Position numbers and translations under genes: made by a program. DNA of 8,379 nt from an archaeon (GTDB taxonomy: Archaea; Iainarchaeota; Iainarchaeia; Iainarchaeales; CSSED10-239): assembly GCA_035357435.1 (NCBI GenBank), contig DAOPNM010000018.1, positions 1-8,379 on the forward strand, given 5' to 3'. Below the pieces are notes generated by a model, which saw nothing but the letters and a program-made list of their open reading frames with translations, made no database searches and was not told the origin of the DNA. Shown one piece after another: positions 4,895-8,379 of the stretch; positions within the stretch are counted from its first letter, which is position 1; the number at the start of each line of letters is the position of its first letter.

Positions 4895-7800
4895 TTAAAA
4901 AAATTCAGAGAGTGATTTTTGCTGTTTTTCTTCTTTGTTACAAAATAGTGAGTTTATTTCTTCTTCAGCAAGTGTTATTCTTTGTAAAAGGAATGGTTTT
5001 AGTTCATATTTTTTTATTATTTCTTTTGATATTTCCACATATTTTTTTATAGATCCTTCTGCAATTGTAAGTATTAGTTTTCCACCGCAGTCACATGTTC
5101 CTGACAAAGGCATTCTTCTATATTTTTTATTGCATTTTACACATCTTAGTTTTTGTCTAGAGAATGCTCTTGTGTTTCCAATGACGTCTGGAAATAGATG
5201 GTAGTGTAGTAGTCTTTCTAGTGCATCTTTGTTGTCTACTGCAACTATTTTTTCTTGGAGTTCTGCTTGTTTTTTTACTTTTTCTTCCATTGATTTTATT
5301 TGTATATATGTGCTTTCTTTTGGTCCTTCATCAAATAGTTCTGTATCGTGTGTGTATTTGATGCATGAGTATTGTTCTTCTTTTCCAAACCAATCTTCAA
5401 CATATGTAATTTCTTTTGTTTTTGGGTCTCCAAAGTTTTTTGCAGCAAGATATATTTCATAAGGGTATTCTGTTATTGTTTCCATTAGTCTTGATTCTGA
5501 ATCTACTTCATATGGATTGATTATTGTTGTAAATGAGAGAGGGGTATCCATTCTTCCTCCTCTTTTTTCACTTAAGTATTTTTGTGAGAAGTTAAGTAGC
5601 CCGTCCATTAATAATAGTAAACTGTCTTGATCTCCATCTATGTTTCTTCTTTTTGCAGTTATAAAATAAGGGTGTCCCCAACAAAGTTTTGATTTAGAAA
5701 ATCCAATTATTCTTCCAATTACTCCTGCAGATGTGTGAGGTGCAATTCCTATTACTAGTTCTCCAATTAAGTCTTCTTTTGTGTTTATGTTATAGTATTT
5801 TGGTAGTCCATAGAATTTTTCTAAAAGATCATCAATGAATTTACTTATTTTTATAAAGTATTCTTCTGCTTTTTCGTTTAGTATAATGTCTTGTGGGAAA
5901 ATAGATACTTTTTGGTTTTCATTTTTTAGTTCATTTCCCAAGTAGTCTTGTGTATATCCTAGTTCTTTTAGTTTTTTTACATCTATTCCAAGTTCTTTTG
6001 CAGATATTTGTGTAATTGTTGCATTTAGTGCTTCAAATCTAATGGTTCCATCTCTGAATACATGCAGTCCATATTTTGCTCTTAATATTCCTTTTTCTAA
6101 AGGTTCTGCAATTTTGTTTTGGTTTATTAGTCCTTTTACCCCGTTTATTTTTTCTGGTGGTGTTATATTAAGGTTGTTGCACGCATTTTCTAGTGCTTTT
6201 TTTAAGTTTATTTTATTTTGAGTTTTATATATTGTTTTTTGATTGCATATTGGGCATGTTTCATTTATTTGTTCTTTTTTACATTTTGGGCAGTATCTTA
6301 TAGGTAATGTTTTTTGATTACATTCAAAACAGTAGTTGTGATATGTTATTTTTTTACATTTTGTACAAAGGTATGCTTTACATTCAATTTCAGATATTCC
6401 GTATTCTCCTCCTTTTGCATTGTTGCTTTTTTTCATACTTGCTTTTACTATGTCTCTGCTGTTTCCATATCCTTGTCCAATAGGAAATAGTACATTTGGG
6501 TTTCCTTTAATTAGTCTTTCATGTGCAGCTTCTGGTCTTCCCATTCTTGCCCCAATATATGTTCCACTTTTTTCTCTAATGTCAATTTTTGAGATTTCAC
6601 TAAGTTTTTGTGTTGTAGATATGTCTTTTTGAAATGTTTCTATGTGTTCGTCTAATGGGTTTATTGCATTTAATGCACCAATGGTTTTTAGGAAAGGGTA
6701 TGCTTGTTCATTTTCTAGAGATATGATGTTTTGTTGTGGATCATATTTGTGTGGTATACCGATTTTTTCTAATATTTCTTTTGTTTCTTTTTGGTATTCT
6801 ATTTTTGCATTAACTATTTTGTTTCCAGAAAATATTTTTTGTGCATTTCTTGTTTGTTTTATTAGTGTTTTTAGTTCTTCAGTGTTTAGTAGATCATAGT
6901 ACCATATATATTTTGGGAATAATGGCAAATGTTCTTCTATTGCTATTTCAATTGCAGTGTGTGGTGCAGGGTTTTCATAGAATTTAAGTGCTTTTTCATA
7001 TGTTTGTTTGTTTATTTTTTCATTTTTGTAGAGGTATTTTATTTCTGCAAGCCATTCTTCTTCCACATATCCATTTTTTATTAGTGGGTCTCCGCTTTTT
7101 CTTATGTCACCAATTGTACAAAGTATGTCTCCTACAAATAGTATTTTGTCTATTTCTTTTATGTATTTTTTTGCAGTTTCTGCATCATCAATTTTTATGA
7201 CTTCTTGGTTTTTGAGTTTAACTATTGGTCCATCTATTGTTGTGCATGGAAAGAACTGTAGTGCTTTTCCTGGTCTTTCTATTTTTCCATGTGTTCCGAC
7301 TGCAATGAATTCATCTAGTATATACATTGTTGCAGGGTTTATTCCTTTTGCCATTAGTCCTGTGTTTCTTGCTTTTCCATATCTTAGTCTAAATCCACCA
7401 GGTATTAATGGGTATCCAAATACTGGTCTTCCTGCTGCTAGGCCTTCTAAATATTTATAACTAGGTTTTAGTTCAAATAGTCCTTCTGTTGTTTTTTTAA
7501 TTTTAATTAGTTGTTCTAACCAGTTCCAGTTTAGTCCAAATTCTTTTGCTGTATTCATTATTTTCATTGCTCTTACAAATAGCCCGTCTATTAGAACAAG
7601 GCACATTGCTCCTCTTACTTTGTTAGATGGTATTCTTTCTAGATCTCTATGTGCCATTACTTCTGCATTTGTGTCAGGTTCTGCGTTTACACAAATAGGA
7701 CAATTTTCAGCAATTGTTCTTATTTCTTTTTCTGTAATTCTTTCTTGTCTAACAACTACTTCTGTTTGATATATCATTACTTCTTCTATTATTCTTTCTA

Positions 7801-8353
7801 TTTCTTCTTTGTTTGGTTTATATTTGTCTATATGTAGTTTTTCTCGTGCAAGATCTGCTAATAGTAAAGGAAGTGTTTGTGCATTTGCACCTGCTGCTCT
7901 AATTGGTGATGCATAATATATGTCAACATATTCGCTACCATCAAAGTTTTTTGAAATTTTTATTTTTGGTAGTCCATCCAGTGGTGATACAACAACTCCT
8001 TCTGTTTCTATAACTAGTGCAGTTCTTATTGCTTGTTCTAGTCTTTTTTCTGGGTCTTCTATGTTTCCTAGTTTTTTATCTATTATCATGTTGAATATTT
8101 CTAATATTACTTTTGTTCTATTTTGATATTTTTCCCAGAGTTTGTTGTATATTTTTGCAACTCCACTGGGCCCTGTTAATATTTCTGTTTTTTCTGCAAT
8201 TCCTGGTGCAGGTAGTGTTTCAATTTCAGTGGATACATCTTTTCCTGTTTGTTTTGCTTGTTTTGCAACATCTATTGCATGGTCTACTTTTTCTGTAATG
8301 TGGTTATAATATTTTTTTACATCTGGTGTTGCAATTAAATTTATGTCATTCAT
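4895..8353 (-). CDS. polC: DNA polymerase II (family D, PolD) large catalytic subunit DP2, intein-free
   Basis: The 1152-aa ORF is colinear with DP2. The active-site block AKRRNIDGDQD (N904-D910, nt 5624-5644) corresponds to the ..NxDGDxD acidic motif of the double-psi beta-barrel catalytic core shared with multisubunit RNA polymerases. Blocks I recall as DP2-conserved are GRPVFGYP, GGFRLRYGKARNTG, GARMGRPE and FRDGTIRFE. The internal Cys cluster spans C658-C703. The C-terminal zinc module is CVKC-x12-CDC (C1071, C1074, C1087, C1089; nt 5087-5143). As I recall, the canonical motif reads DGDED, so Q909 may be a minor variant. Confidence 0.95.
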   Translation of the reverse strand: MNDINLIATPDVKKYYNHITEKVDHAIDVAKQAKQTGKDVSTEIETLPAPGIAEKTEILTGPSGVAKIYNKLWEKYQNRTKVILEIFNMIIDKKLGNIEDPEKRLEQAIRTALVIETEGVVVSPLDGLPKIKISKNFDGSEYVDIYYASPIRAAGANAQTLPLLLADLAREKLHIDKYKPNKEEIERIIEEVMIYQTEVVVRQERITEKEIRTIAENCPICVNAEPDTNAEVMAHRDLERIPSNKVRGAMCLVLIDGLFVRAMKIMNTAKEFGLNWNWLEQLIKIKKTTEGLFELKPSYKYLEGLAAGRPVFGYPLIPGGFRLRYGKARNTGLMAKGINPATMYILDEFIAVGTHGKIERPGKALQFFPCTTIDGPIVKLKNQEVIKIDDAETAKKYIKEIDKILFVGDILCTIGDIRKSGDPLIKNGYVEEEWLAEIKYLYKNEKINKQTYEKALKFYENPAPHTAIEIAIEEHLPLFPKYIWYYDLLNTEELKTLIKQTRNAQKIFSGNKIVNAKIEYQKETKEILEKIGIPHKYDPQQNIISLENEQAYPFLKTIGALNAINPLDEHIETFQKDISTTQKLSEISKIDIREKSGTYIGARMGRPEAAHERLIKGNPNVLFPIGQGYGNSRDIVKASMKKSNNAKGGEYGISEIECKAYLCTKCKKITYHNYCFECNQKTLPIRYCPKCKKEQINETCPICNQKTIYKTQNKINLKKALENACNNLNITPPEKINGVKGLINQNKIAEPLEKGILRAKYGLHVFRDGTIRFEALNATITQISAKELGIDVKKLKELGYTQDYLGNELKNENQKVSIFPQDIILNEKAEEYFIKISKFIDDLLEKFYGLPKYYNINTKEDLIGELVIGIAPHTSAGVIGRIIGFSKSKLCWGHPYFITAKRRNIDGDQDSLLLLMDGLLNFSQKYLSEKRGGRMDTPLSFTTIINPYEVDSESRLMETITEYPYEIYLAAKNFGDPKTKEITYVEDWFGKEEQYSCIKYTHDTELFDEGPKESTYIQIKSMEEKVKKQAELQEKIVAVDNKDALERLLHYHLFPDVIGNTRAFSRQKLRCVKCNKKYRRMPLSGTCDCGGKLILTIAEGSIKKYVEISKEIIKKYELKPFLLQRITLAEEEINSLFCNKEEKQQKSLSEFF

Positions 8354-8379
8354 GTTTTTCTTTTTTTTAAATTATTTTT

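Noticed and set aside
4935-8298. Eight plus-strand ORFs of 61-118 aa (4935-5204, 5229-5462, 6420-6632, 6642-6899, 6988-7200, 7104-7460, 7649-7837, 7920-8126, 8113-8298)
   Set aside because: All lie antisense to the strongly supported DP2 gene. Their F/S/L/C/I-rich translations are what the complement of a purine-rich (AAA/GAA) coding strand produces. None shows motifs, RBS or promoter context. They are shadow ORFs.
4895-8353. Intein or mobile insertion in DP2
   Set aside because: The length (1152 aa) is that of an intein-free DP2. The conserved blocks are contiguous. No Hint-domain splicing blocks or homing-endonuclease (LAGLIDADG) motifs are visible.
1-8379. Internal oligo-T runs of 5 or more inside CDSs as terminators, and generic TATA-like words
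   Set aside because: They are far too frequent in this composition to be called individually. Only those placed exactly at gene ends or at canonical distances from starts were retained, and with low confidence.
1-8379. Defence island, CRISPR, toxin-antitoxin, prophage or other accessory or novel multi-gene system
   Set aside because: Every substantial ORF is accounted for by a recognisable housekeeping family. There are no repeats with spacer architecture, no integrase or transposase, and no compositional break. Claiming a novel system here would not be supported by the sequence.
8354-8379. Promoter for polC in the 26 nt upstream of its ATG (minus strand aaaaataatttaaaaaaaagaaaaac)
   Set aside because: An AATTTAAAAA word is present but lies too close to the ATG for a canonical TATA-TSS spacing. 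The window ends here, so the real promoter, or an upstream co-transcribed gene such as the DP1 small subunit, may lie outside.

Overview
AT-rich archaeal chromosomal window of roughly 30% G+C by eye, with purine-rich coding strands. It is archaeal because it encodes the large catalytic subunit (DP2) of the archaea-specific family-D DNA polymerase, which by established knowledge is present in archaea except Crenarchaeota. The extreme AT bias, divergent GrpE and compact genes suggest a small-genome uncultivated lineage such as DPANN, but that is inference only. Gene order is: the 3' end of a secreted or S-layer-like protein (+), a minimal stand-alone JAMM/MPN+ metalloprotease (+), a bacterial-type grpE-dnaK-dnaJ chaperone operon (+), and an intein-free polD large-subunit gene (-) convergent on dnaJ. 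I see no tRNA, rRNA, CRISPR array, transposase, integrase, toxin-antitoxin or recognisable defence gene. This is essentially a housekeeping region, and I cannot support a claim of a novel multi-gene system here. Five things remain unexplained by the gene calls. (1) A GC-rich inverted-repeat island sits in the dnaJ/polC convergent spacer. (2) Palindromes and phased TnAn modules lie upstream of grpE. (3) A tandemly duplicated Cys4 zinc ribbon lies inside DP2. (4) GrpE and DnaK carry low-complexity repeat extensions. (5) A T8 tract separates dnaK from dnaJ.
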